Positions 51,501-64,000 of a stretch of 64,000 nucleotides of DNA are shown here, in pieces (position 1 is the stretch's first letter; each line of letters starts with the position of its first letter). The notes under the pieces were generated by a model. The model was not told the DNA's origin and ran no database searches. It saw nothing but the letters and a program-made list of their open reading frames with translations. The stretch spans positions 4,738,137 to 4,802,136 of the forward strand of contig CM082595.2 in assembly GCA_040954595.2 (NCBI GenBank), given 5' to 3'. Made by a program: the position numbers and the translations under genes. Source of the DNA: Balanoglossus misakiensis (lineage: Eukaryota > Animalia > Hemichordata).

Positions 51501-54254
51501 ACATGTATATTTGTATGTCAGTCACTGAGATCATGGCGTGCCCTTGTAATATGGCAAGTGAACCATGCAATACAGGTACAAGATACATGTATCTTGTGGT
51601 ATCACCAGCTCGGTATACTTGCTGACAGTGACTCAGTGCATTCTCTTAGGAAGGTTTCAGCTGTGCACATCGATGGTTTAGAGAATGCCAGATTAGTTTG
51701 AGGCAGTACACTGGACTGATCATCATATATATGATTGTTTTGCGCAAGAATCTTCTGTACTGTTTGTGTGGAAAAGTGCATGACGTGCTTTGGGAAGTGT
51801 CTCGGTCTCCGATAACGCATGTTACCACCTCTCGACGGTTTAAGTCAATTGTGTCTTGTCAAGTGTGTGAAGAAGAAAATTAGCTATTGGAACGGTCACG
51901 GTCTGCAATTACTCAAATGAATAATTGCCTGCATGCACTAATGAAGGTCATTACTGAGCTCTTATTGATATATTGCCTAATTAAGCATGGGCGCAAATTC
52001 TGTCTGTGGGCAAATTAAAGTCAGCATTTTATTTATAACTATTCTATCAACAAAGCACGAGGCACTCCTCGCGACCTGTTAACCAATCAATCAAACAATC
52101 AATTACAGTCGAAACAATACATGAGCAAGACAAACTGCGAACCTCATTAGTGGTCTTGAAGGTGGGTTTACATTATTTACGAGTCAGTCTTCCCCCGTGT
52201 CAGGGTGACTTTGATTACTACATGCATCCGGGGATCGACACATTGCCCCTATGCAGTGCTTCTGTAATTGGTGCGGGGCTGTCCACGGCTGTTCTGAATG
52301 GAAGCCTCCTAGTGATGGAGCCAGTTAATTTACTTGAGATGCGGTAATACCACGACGTGGCTTACAGTGCATCGATTTTACAGGAGTTCGTGCCTTCTTC
52401 AATAGACAGGATATTGGGGGAAATTAAATTAAACACGACATTGGAACTTTCACTATATTGGTTTCCCCTCTGTGCCATTTGGCATCAAAGGGATACATTT
52501 TATATGAAGAAAATTTATTTATTTCATTTTCTCAATGATAGCATCTGGTTTATTCGACTGTACATATGACACATTTTAAAAATATTCCTTTATTTGGTGG
52601 AATATTAATTTTATAGTCAATTACAAACCGGAGGTTTCTGTTTGAAATGACCCAACTCGTGGTGGCATATCTCACAAAGATCTCATTTTTTGAACTCATT
52701 CAACCGTTTTGAGATAAAAAAATGTTTTACATTCAGTGTAATGACAGCTCGTTTTACCAAGTCAATGACGCGATATTCATGTAAGCTCACTGTAGTGAAA
52801 TGCCACAAATATCCCAGGTGAAAACATCCGATTGATGGAATTAATTCCCCAAATGACTCAAGGCAGTGACAGCAGGTCCTTTCTTGTGGTCTTATTATTC
52901 ACGGTCTGATTCAATTTGGATACATTAATATGACACATGGTTGTGTGGTTTAGTGTTTCTTGCAATGCATGGTTGCATATTTAGATTGTGAGTTCCAGAC
53001 CAGTTGTGACAGGTGGGAATGCTCGAGAATATGTCACTTGCAGTTTTAAAGATAAACTTGCATGAAATTACAAAAAAAATGAGTCAGTTTCTTAATTCGT
53101 ATAGTTATATTGTTGTTATCTGTTTTTTATACAAGAAGGCGATATTGAATATACAAGCTCAGAGTTGATGTATCAAATATCATATATCTAAAGATCATAA
53201 GAAAAGAATGTCTGTATATGCAAGCAGTGTGACTGTTATGTATAAAATCATCGCTCTGGAACAGTATCTGACACCTTGCAATTTATAATAAAATAACATC
53301 TCAAAGTATATCTACTAACATGGCGAGAAGGCTTGGGAATTTAGTCAGTGGAGTTGTGAATTAACACACAGAAGCTTGCATGCAGTTATAGAGTGTTCTT
53401 CGTGAGAAATGCAATACTTCAGAAATCACGTCGAGGAAGTTATGACAGGGAAATTCTCTCTTGTGTAATGCAAAAATACTTCAGTTGTTATTTCTATTGT
53501 ACTTTCATCGTTTCAATTATGAAAAAACTGTACTCATGATGTGGACCGCGAAGTATTTACGGAAGTCGTTACTACTAATATTAGTCGCATAAACTGCACG
53601 AGGAGTTGGTTCAATAGCCTTCGCTTCAGGCTGGACTTATATGTCTTAGTCAGCTAGGACGTGACAGATTACAGTCCCGCTGTTACAGAGGAATTGTTTT
53701 TGGTTGCAGAACAAAACATCAGTAAGCGCATGGCGATGACGAATAGGTGCAACGTGAAACTATCAATTATATTTGGTGACAAAACAATTTTTTAGACCTG
53801 CGATTGATGTCATAAATCACCCCTTGACATGATCCATTTTAATACACCATTTATTAAGCGAAGCCATTGAAAGAAACTTTTTTATGATTGGGGTATTAAT
53901 GTATAAGAATGAAGTATTATTTCGTCTTAACTCTAATTCCTTTTCATCAAATACTTTATGGAGCAATCCCAGTAATGTCATTACTAGATGTGAGGTGATT
54001 TGTCATAAAGTTATTTTTGTTCAGCAATACACAGAATTCAGGATGATGAATGAGTCATCCAAAGATTCTTTTCGTTGAGGCTGGGATTTGCCAGGATATA
54101 CAAATGCATTTTGTTGAATTCGGATTTATATAAGTTGAATTCAGGACATTTCTACATTCAAAGTTTAACTTTGCTGCGGGTACATCTGTTCTGTCTCTCC
54201 AAAGAAATAATTAAGCCTGTCTATCTATCTTTACATCTATCTCACCTTCTGAGT

Positions 54255-54295
54255 ATATGTATGTATGTAGGTATGTATGTATGCATGCATGCATG
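54255..54295. repeat. Short (TATG/CATG)n microsatellite
   Basis: Directly visible. Confidence 0.8.
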
Positions 54296-56780
54296 TTATC
54301 TATGTATCAAGAACAATCCTAGTGAATGTTCGAAGTCAAAATACACGTATGGATGTCATATAAGCTTAGTACAGTGTCTCACCGTTTATGAATGGAAATC
54401 CACTCTCAAGTGACTTTCTCGTTCCTTGATAAAACATAAAAACATAACTTATTTAAGAGGATATCAATAAACCAGAATTAAATCTGTCATCAGGCGGTGT
54501 CATGGTTGGAGTGGTGGCGCTTTATTTCAAACAGATTGCCCACCGGCGTATTGTCTAATGAAATGGAAGTGACATAAAGTGCACACTTGTGCAAAACCAC
54601 AGGAACTCGAAGTAATTTTCTCCACTTTGATAAGATCGGTTCCTATATCTATAATGCATGTATATACCCCCAATTACTTGGCTTCCGTTGTGTTCTTTGG
54701 CGCCTTTTGATAAAGAAGTAATCCGGAAGACTTGCAATTCTGCACCCTTTCGGAGCATTTTCATTGTGAAGTGCCGAAGTCATTTATGACAATTACGAAA
54801 GAAAACTTCCTTCCACACGAGTACGTCCGATAATGCGAGCGGATATCGAATGAATTTTTATATTTACTATGAGAAAAATAAACGCCATGTGATAACTTGA
54901 TTGTTGACAGCAGAGGGTATTTCTCGTAACCTCTACTGCCCTCGCACAAGCTTTACTCCTATTCCAGACATCGCACTTCGTTAGAGAAAGTTTTCACATT
55001 TCCCTCGAGAGACATCACTCCAGGTAGATCCTATACTGTAACTAGATACAATTCCTGTGCGACCTATTGTATTCTCTCCGCCCGCCAAAGTCTCTACAAC
55101 CGCCCCATATTTGAGGAAACAACCCGCGATGCAGACGACGGAAATTGCATAATTTCACCGCAAACTCTCCCGGGACTGTCGTCTTTAGTCATTTGCGTCA
55201 AACAACGTGGCTTCTTTGCGCTTAACGCTGTTCTGGCCTGTTCAATCCATTTAATTAGAGTGCACCTAGTTTCACTACCTGCACGTAATCTCGTTTCATC
55301 CTTACACTGTATAATCAAATTCGGGGGGCGATGATTTTGAGAACTGCTGCAGTATGAGTGGTGGCATCACCTTCCGATGGCAATTGCCGACCAGTAATTG
55401 CATTAGCGGAGGCTGACAAAGAGATGTATGGCACCCCAAGGAGGGAAGGACACAAACCCCCAAAAAGGTTTTGCCACTTTAAATGCACACAGAGATTGAT
55501 CAAGCAATGCTTATCGGTAACAATTTTAGCACACTCATTCATTTCGCGGAAGGGCTCGCTGTCTAACTTTTCCCACCAGACGTCACCACTCACCGTGGCA
55601 AGACCCACGCTATTGAGCAGACGATTCTCAAAGGACGAACACAAATGAAAGGAATCCTAAGTGATACCTTTAATTGCAATTCTGTCAACCTGACGTCATT
55701 GGCCAATATCAAAACTTCACAGACCAGTCTCGCTGTTACTTGATACGTATTCTGGAATTGGATGATTTGTTTCCAAGCCATGGAGGTTACTTACATTATG
55801 CTGCCTCAGTGATTAATTATTTTTTCATTTGGAAATAACATATTACAGGGTTGGACTACTGTCTTTTGTTGGATGTTCGGGTTTTAATTGCCTTTTTATG
55901 AATACACCCTCGTAATAAAGTTTAACTACTTAATAATGAATAATTATTTTCCAGTTGTAGTGTTCATAACACATGGTGTTTCATTGGCCCCTATGTTATT
56001 GCCACTGTCAATCGTGGTTTGTTTACGTTAGCATAAGGTGGTTTTCATGAAAGAATATAATAGATTGCTCATCGCAGGATTTGCGAATGCCAGCGAAACA
56101 GCTTTTGATGATAATCGACATTATTTTTTACGATTGTTCCCCATGTGATATTGGCACTCAGTAATAAAGCTGGAGTTCTAAATGATATCAGAAACTGTCA
56201 TAGTCGCTTCAACTTCAAAATAAAATGTAATAAAACTTGCATTTCGTAGAATACTTCAATTCACAGTGCGGGAGTCTTTCTTGTATTGTTGTCCTGCACA
56301 TGTTGTGTGGCGGACAAGGTCTGTTAGTTTTAAGGCTTGAAAAGGTTACTATAAAATCCAGATGGTGGCATTGTGACCTATACAAGTGCTTGAATAGGCA
56401 TAGATGGCCCCATATGTTGAATGCATTAAACGTCGATACATAAAGTGGCATTAAAATCAAAGTGACCGCTGGATGATGTTATTAATAAAGGAGATTCGTT
56501 GCATTATACTGTGATTGAGCTTGAACATCTGGTTTTTAATACCAGACATTTGGTGAAGCTCCAAGATTGACATCATTTTGCTAACCACATGAGGGACTGT
56601 GTGCTAACAAATTGTGACTCAGTAGCGAAGCTTTCCTCAAACTACCATAATTAATCCCGGTTATGTTAGCAGGTATTTGCCAGTAGCAATTGTGAACAAC
56701 TGAAGAGCACATTATAAGGCAGAGTCTTTCTGCACAATTGAATTCAACATACTTTACTATTTTTTCTTCAATTCATACAG

Positions 56781-56836
56781 TATGTATGTATGTATGTATG
56801 TATGTATGTATGTATGTATGTATGTATGTATGTATG
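56781..56836. repeat. (TATG)14 microsatellite
   Basis: Perfect TATG run. Confidence 0.95.
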
Positions 56837-58170
56837 CATACATGCACGTACTTACGCAGGCACGTATGTTCTACATATTAACATATCTGTTTGTATTATG
56901 TATGTACGCATGTTAGTTTAAAATACATCATCTGTACTGAGAAACAGAAGCAAGTCATTCATCTATATCTACTCTTTCTATGTGTATTACTGTTTGCATT
57001 AGATTCGCTCAATGATACACATCATCTGTAACGTCCATTGACACAATCAATACTTGCACTAGTGAAATATAGTTATGGGGTCAAGGTGTGCATGGTTTTC
57101 TGAGACCGGCTGTCTGCAAGTAATGGATGGCTTAAGTGTTAATCGAATCACCCTGTCGAAAGCATTGGGTTCACCGATTCATTTCAACCATAGGCAATCT
57201 CTTCCTATTGCTTGTAACATTGCATGCATTTATGATTAATCTGCAAGGGATGATTACACAAAGTATTTTGCCATTTTGAACTCATAAGGTTTTTTTCCAC
57301 TAATTGGTGAGGACAGTTCTACATTGATTGATGCGTATCCATTGCACAAAGTAAGTCTGTCATTTAGTCAGTTTAGTCACTTGGCCAGTCAGTGAGTGAG
57401 TGAGTTTGTTGTCACGAAAAGATAAAACACGTTAAATGATTTAAATCAAATTATTTAGTCAATGGCCATCTTTTTTTCAAGAAACTCACCCCATAATTAC
57501 TTCAAATCATTGTATAACATGAATATTCTCTGGGGTTAGACGTAATGCAAGACACACATAATACATTAATTACTCTCATGGCTGTCAATCAAAACCAATT
57601 CAGTCTATTTCAACACACTATTCTGCTAGACATCATGGCATGGAATTATAAACAAATTATTCTATTTAGGACACCATAAGCTGTTAGATAGAAAATTAAT
57701 AATTAAACCAGACTTTGTGCTAATATACATGGCCTGGCCAATAGGCTTTGAAGCTCACGCATGCGTAAAAATGAGGTTAACATTATCACAGGATATGATT
57801 GTGCATTTATGCGAACATATCAGCTTTTTTGGTATGGCTCACTTGCATTATTGACGTCGACTAATTTCATATTATTCCAAATTACACAAAATATATCAAA
57901 ACAAAGTCCTTAAAACACACCAAATTGAGCAATTTGAACATAATCTTTTGTGGTAATTAGGTTTGAGTCGTGACGAGTTCACTGAAAAGGTGACGCGTCT
58001 GCTCAAGGTCTGTGTCTTGCAACAATCAGCATGTCTGGGAATGATGGTGTGCGAGAAGTGGGGCACATAGCGTTACTGCAGGTGTTGTTACAAATTGGTT
58101 GTGTCTATTTGCATGTAAACTTGAATGCCAAATCGCTACTCGCGTTTCCTTCCAAATAAATATGTCTCAG

Positions 58171-58270
58171 AATCAACCAACCAATCAATTAAGCAGCCAG
58201 CCAATCTGTCTATCTGCCTGTCTGCCGGACTATCAGTCTGCATGTCTATATGTCGTGTGTGCCTGTCTTC
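58171..58270. repeat. Degenerate tetranucleotide tract (CAAC/CAGC/CTGT)
   Basis: Visible 4-bp periodicity. Confidence 0.6.
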
Positions 58271-59157
58271 TTTTCCATCACCCTGCCCACATGCGACAGT
58301 AGCTGTATTCTGCACAATCAGTACAGACAGGTGCACATGCAGTAGGGACAAGTCCAGCGCCATTTTGATAATTCAAAAACCAACAACCGCCCTATCGCTC
58401 TCTATGCCCTATCGCCATCAAGGGAATGCCACAATTATCATAAGCCAGCTTTTTCAAATTGCAATTAAATTTCATTAATGCAAGAGCCAGTCGTTGACGT
58501 CAGTGGGTGTCCTTTTGGACCCCAGCACCTGTAAGCAGGCTTTTTATGTTTAGGTCGTATTGCTCACTCTTGCATTGGCAATTAGGGTCATTATATCTCT
58601 AACGACCTCATAATGCTTCCATGATAGAAAGCATGTGCACAAAACGCAATTCTGTAGACTAACTGTGAAGAATCCTGCTAGGAGATACAGGTACTTTTAT
58701 ATGTAGGGTGAATTCATTTTAATGTTCGAGAAGAAAATGTACGTCTTTCTGTCACTCTGGTTCATATACGATATGGATCAATGATTTACGCACTTTGCAC
58801 AAGTGTTGCATATTTCAATCTTCAAGTTTTAGCCATTAGGGCTTTCCTAAACATAACATGAATTGATCACTATCAGTATAATGCCGCCCATCAGGCGGGC
58901 ATTCAACTCGCATCGTTTTGAGGTTACTAGTACAATGTATGAAAATGTGGTACACATGTAGCTTGACACAATTAAGCTGGTTTGATTAAGAATTATCGTT
59001 TGCCTATAGTTTGAAGCTGAAAATCATTATAATAAATCCAACAATTAAGCACCTTCAGTGGAGATTTGTCAAAACCTCTTGTCATATTCGATCACATAAT
59101 AATCAAATCCTTATTTGTTTACTTGGCAAGAGGTGCTGCCCAGTTCAAAGGACTACA

Positions 59158-59258
59158 CCAGTACAATATAGTACAGCAGATCACAGTACAGTACAATGCA
59201 GTGATGTCCAGTACAGTATAGTACATCACAGCACAATACAGTACAGTGCAGTGCAGTA
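59158..59258. repeat. Degenerate (CAGTA)n pentanucleotide repeat
   Basis: Repeated CAGTA/CAATA/CAGTG units. Confidence 0.85.
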
Positions 59259-59639
59259 AAATGCACTAAAGTGAATTGCAGGGTTTTATTCATTTAAGGG
59301 AATACTGCAATTGCTGAGAGAGTATATTTAGAATCTGCATTTTAGCCTCAGGAACAACATGTATGATACACGTCATGAAAAGGTATTTTCTAGGTGTGCC
59401 TTGGACATTGCAAGATTTCCCTATACACCTGGATATGTCTCTCATCTGGAGAGGCCCCCAGGAAAATATATCCAGGGCAACCAATCACCGAAGGCAAGGA
59501 TATGCCACTCGATGGTTTCCAATTGAATCCGCATTTATCGCGCGCTTCCTCGTGTTATAATTACTTGGCTCTCGAAATATTCGCCGGCGCGGAAAGATAA
59601 AACGGCGATTGCGAGTTGATGATACGATGAGAAGGCTTG

Positions 59640-59720
59640 GGTTCTGTCATTGACGTCATCATTTGACATCATTGCGAGACAGCGTGATTGGTTTTGACAG
59701 ACTCCTGCTCATTTGCATGA
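59640..59720. promoter_or_regulatory. Candidate intronic enhancer: CRE, CRE variant, CCAAT and octamer
   Basis: TGACGTCA 59651-59658, TGACATCA 59664-59671, GATTGG 59686-59691 and ATTTGCAT 59711-59718, next to a CpG-rich patch at ~59530-59615. Confidence 0.4.
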
Positions 59721-61191
59721 AGGGGCTTGATGAGGAATGTTCAGAGCATAATACACGTAGGAGGATATAGTTAACTTTTCCATCACTGACCGAATGTTGT
59801 TTCTGAGAACGTGCTTGCTGGGTGCGTAACGAGAGGGCTTACTTCTCAGACGTCTCAAATCGATGCTCAGACAATATTAGTCGATGATAGGGCTTATGCC
59901 TAAGTCTGTTTAAGCAAAATAGGCATTTCACAGTGGTCATTTTGTCTCATCGATCCGGCTGGCTTCTCGCTTTAAATTGCCACAGACATAATTCTCTAAC
60001 CGTGTGCAATATTGTTGATTGCCGTACAGATAATTCTATCATTAGCATCCCCTTGGGTGCCAAAAACAACATTGAAAGTCTTCACTGGGCAAGGTTAAAT
60101 TTAAAAAGAAGAAAACCGTGTGCAATCAAGTGGATCACTTAAGCAAAGTTTCAGCTTATCGTCCACATGAATCATCATGTATTGTGTGTATGTGAACATA
60201 GATTATACTATTTTTGAATACAAGAAAATACTGTTTATGTTAAAATATAGCACACCCAAAATGACATTCGCCAGTGTAGATAGACACGCCAAGTCCCATT
60301 TCTTGATAATGTATAATCCCAATAATAATTGATAATTCACATTATTCTCAACCGATTTATGAAATCGCACCGGATCCACCAATCATCATCAAATTCTAGT
60401 TTGGCAACAACATTTTGATAATTTAAAGAGATGGGCAAAATATTATTATTCCTTGGGGCAGATTACGCGATATTCGGCCAGCTACAAAGTCTCGGCAGAT
60501 TTGCCGAAGGGCAGTATAGACTTAAGAACCAGCGCGAGTCAACCCAGCAGCCTGGCGCCTCGCTTTGATTTAACACAGGCAATAAACGTACAAACCTTGG
60601 GTCATATTTTATCACCAATGATATTTTGATGAAATTGGATTCGTGTTGAAGTTCCACAATAAACTTCGAAAACGTCCTTATGACATTAAAATCTAGAGAG
60701 TTAGTATCGTTTTTCAGATCTTCTAGTCCGACACGATTTCTTTACTACTTCGATTTGTCTTCTAAGCCACGTGTCGTTATTTTTACAATGCGTATCTTTA
60801 TTGATATAGCTTTAACTGTCTCTCGTCTCGTGACTGCTTTTGTATCGATTATATCATATCCGAAGACGAGCTGCCGTATGTTCTCAAAGTCAGAAACTAT
60901 ACACGAGAGGCAGGCTGTGGCTTTTTTAACGAGACACTCTAGTTTCTTATCATAAAGAGCGATTTGAGTGTTCAGCCTTCCGCCAACGGTAATCGGCAGT
61001 AGTAAGAGGTTTAGAGCCAGATTAAGAAATAATGCCGAAGTTAAGGTAGTAAAAACAGCTTTGCAGTAAGACATCGATTTTCTGTATGTGGGATACATTA
61101 CAATTAAGACACGCATCACGAGTTAAGACTAAGTCGCACTAAATGCTCCATTCCTGGCTTGTCAATCTGAAACCAAGACACCATGTCCAGT

Positions 61192-61288
61192 GAATAGACA
61201 ATTTTTGCACATTACGAGATCTCGCGAGACTTTGTTAAGTACCGTAGCAAAGGGTTTCTGTAATATAAGTCAAAAATTGTGCGAAACT
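61192..61288 (-). repeat. Dispersed repeat fragment, copy B (inverted relative to 48410-48509)
   Basis: The reverse complement reads AGTTTCGCACAATTTTTGACTTATATTAC...CCCTTTGCTACGGTACTTAACAAAGTCTCGCGAGATCTCG. Confidence 0.75.
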
Positions 61289-64000
61289 GGAGTAGGTGCT
61301 GAGGTTAATGAAAATTGCAAATCAAACCTAAAAAGATACATTTTGGCTCGCTAACACATGTTAAATTGTAGTCATGCTGGCTCCAGCATTGAGAGGAATA
61401 GCCGAGTTAGATGATAAAAATCTTGCAGTGCGCATACTGATAACATTTTAAAGAGAACAATATAAGTTCATATCAGTATGGCTGCCTCCACGTGCTTCAG
61501 ATATGAATGTCCTCGTTCACAGGTTGAGTAACAGGAGCTGTATATCTGCAATGGACTTAGCTCGAATGCCAAATGGATAGTATCGAACGAGGGTAGCCGG
61601 ACGCGTGTCCCGCTGACATTTCTATGAATTAATATAGCTTTATGAGCGTCTCTTTGAAGATTATTGGAATAATTGTCACATCGTAATCTGGGCATTTCTG
61701 CCGACGTAATACTCTCGTTAAATTCATACATCCCGCAGGAGGTTTGCAAATCTCGTCGTTAACACATTAAGTATTATTGAATGAATCTCCTTACATTCAT
61801 ATGATATGCACAGATCTATTTTCAGAGATCAAATTCTGGCAATAAAAAGACCGAGATTAATGCTTAAACTTTTTGATTTACGGCTTCTCTTCAATTCGCT
61901 TCGTTTTGCAAAAGTCAGAGTAGTTGATTAAGTTTTTGCAGGTCAAATAGGCATGTAATTAGCCTTTGATATTTTCTACTTGCATAGCAACTACCAACCT
62001 ACATTCGATCTTTTTTGTCACTCAGTACAAGTACAAGCGTGCCACATTTGCAAAATGATTTCAGTTCTGATAAGATATTACATTATTCGTATGTTGAGTC
62101 ATTAAAAGGGATGATGGACTTCTCGTGGAACAAAGTGATCATTTCTAGATGATATGTTAGCGCCTATTGAATTGCACTTTTGCGGTATTTCCAGTACATA
62201 ATGGAGCGTTTAAAGTGAATATAGACTGCTTCTCGTTCGACAATGAGACAAACCTCCCATCTGTTTTCCTCTAGAGGGACGAGGCCGCGGTACATATGGT
62301 TCAGCATGTGGCAACCATTTTCCTTGATTCGTTTCATTATCTCTTTAATTGACTGGTAAATTCCCTTAATGTACTTGTTATTTAGGAGGGTTTTATGACT
62401 CCCCGCATTCAGCTTGGTTAGTGAAAATGGGGACCTAAATGCACACACTGATTGGCCCATTTTGTGAATACATGTATCTTTCTCATTTGACTGAAACAAT
62501 TCTTTCGTCGTACCCTTGGCATGCTGTTTCTATTTTGTTGCATATTTTCCTGTTGTGGTTTTGCATTCTTTACCAAAGATTGTAGTTGTCAATATAAGGT
62601 GATGAGCACATTAATGACACCTTCACTCTTTCGTACAAAATAAGAGTACAAAATAAACATCAACAAGTTCTGTTATAATAGAACACTTACGGGTTCCATA
62701 CTAGTTTAATTTGTGTTAATAACTTTAACATGCAGGACTAATTTATATACATTATTCTCTAATTTCAAATTTTAGAGCAAATTTAATGAGGAAATAGACT
62801 CTGAAGGGTTTATGATGAGGCTAACACTAAAAAAAACCTTGAACCATCTGATCACATAATTTAACAAAATGAATCCATTCTTATATCCTTTTCTTCTCCA
62901 TTCTCAATCATATTTTCATTATACTTAATTTTTTATGACTTGATTGATATTATTATGTGTGTCTTTCACTGGCATCCTTAAGGTCAAAAGAGTCATCAGT
63001 TTTCACAAATTAAAGTCAATAAGATATTGTGAAAAGATCACGAGGAAAACGTAAACAATTTCATAAACCTTGACCAGATGGAAACATTCATTGGCGATAG
63101 CAACTGTGTGCAGCTACTGCAAAGAGACAAAGACTTTATGGCAAAAGTAAAGCACTAAATCAACAAAAATGGGTCACAGTACTTTAAGATTATTGTTTAG
63201 TTTTAGCCTTTACAAGACTCATGATCGGTTAGGACAGTGACGAGATATATGTGACTTTGCTAATACACGTAATGTTCATCTGCCTCTTTGTTATCTGTTC
63301 CTGCCGTCAAACCGTAATGCAAATGTGATGTTCCCGAGGGAAGCCATTTTGAAGGTTGCCTGGCGATGACGCTGATTCGCGCTTGATTTCGTTGTGAAGA
63401 GCAATTTGACTGTCTGTAAACGGCCGTCTTTTTTCCTGTGGAAATGATCTAGTAGACAGTATAATGCATTCTGGCTGTGTTTAATTGTAACGTTCTATCA
63501 AATTTGGGGCAACTTAAACGTTCCTCTTGAAGACAGAGAGTGCCAGTGAATCGACAGTCTCTTGTGTCGGAAACATGCGCGAATGCATGCAAAAAGCGAG
63601 ATTCGAATTTGAATCTGTTGTTTAAACCAGATCACTACTATCTTGCACTCTTCCATTCCTTGGTCAATCTCCTACAACATTAAGATGCTTGGTGGAGGCA
63701 TTGATTGTTATATTACCTTTAGAGATAGCCAAAATACTCACATATTCTAAAGTAGAAAGCTCATTTGATTGCTAGCATACCTGGCAAAAATAACTGGCAT
63801 ATTATAGGAACTTACCAATATAAATACATAATTCAATCCTATCTTTCTTTTATCAGACCAGATCATATTTTCATGATGTAATTATAAAACTAGATTTCTA
63901 GATTTGATTGTTAGAGGATACAGTAAGTATCAAACAAGAGGCAGTCGATTCTTTTCTCCACAACATAGGACATGCATTTCTTAGTGTGTGAGTTACCTAT

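Larger units (their letters stand above)
36391..64000 (+). other. Large intron of the receptor gene (>27.6 kb, runs past the window end)
   Basis: There is a GTAAGT donor at 36391. I found no downstream exon encoding the expected continuation (x-x-x-x-D-[TD]-C...LE) by eye or in the ORF track. Confidence 0.75.

Noticed and set aside
58881-58931. GC-rich hairpin followed by CTAGT as a Helitron 3' end
   Set aside because: The hairpin-to-CTAG distance (~25 bp) is longer than typical, and no 5' end or second copy was found.
844-62499. Remaining 60-140 aa ORFs in the six-frame track
   Set aside because: They show no recognisable domains, many have non-ATG starts, and their lengths are consistent with random expectation for non-coding DNA.

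Overview
This is AT-rich eukaryotic genomic DNA from an animal, probably a marine invertebrate deuterostome; the taxon is inferred from repeat style and the gene family and cannot be proven here. It is not prokaryotic. Only one protein-coding exon is well supported. It is the first coding exon (36096-36390, + strand) of a class C GPCR of the metabotropic glutamate receptor family, with a perfect Kozak ATG, a signal peptide, the start of the Venus flytrap domain and a canonical GTAAGT donor. Its motifs (WPVK...GGLxxVH...GLQALE) point to the divergent mXR/mangetout ('class IV') branch, which lacks the arginine that binds glutamate's distal carboxylate. The 35 kb upstream holds several candidate promoters and non-coding first exons and a splice acceptor at 35384. 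The 27.6 kb downstream appears to be one large intron with enhancer-like motif clusters. The rest is MITEs, short tandem arrays, microsatellites and decayed transposon fragments, including a probable Penelope-like reverse transcriptase fossil. Almost all other ORFs in the supplied track look spurious. I found no convincing new multi-gene system; the best leads are the probable orphan-ligand receptor and its regulatory architecture.
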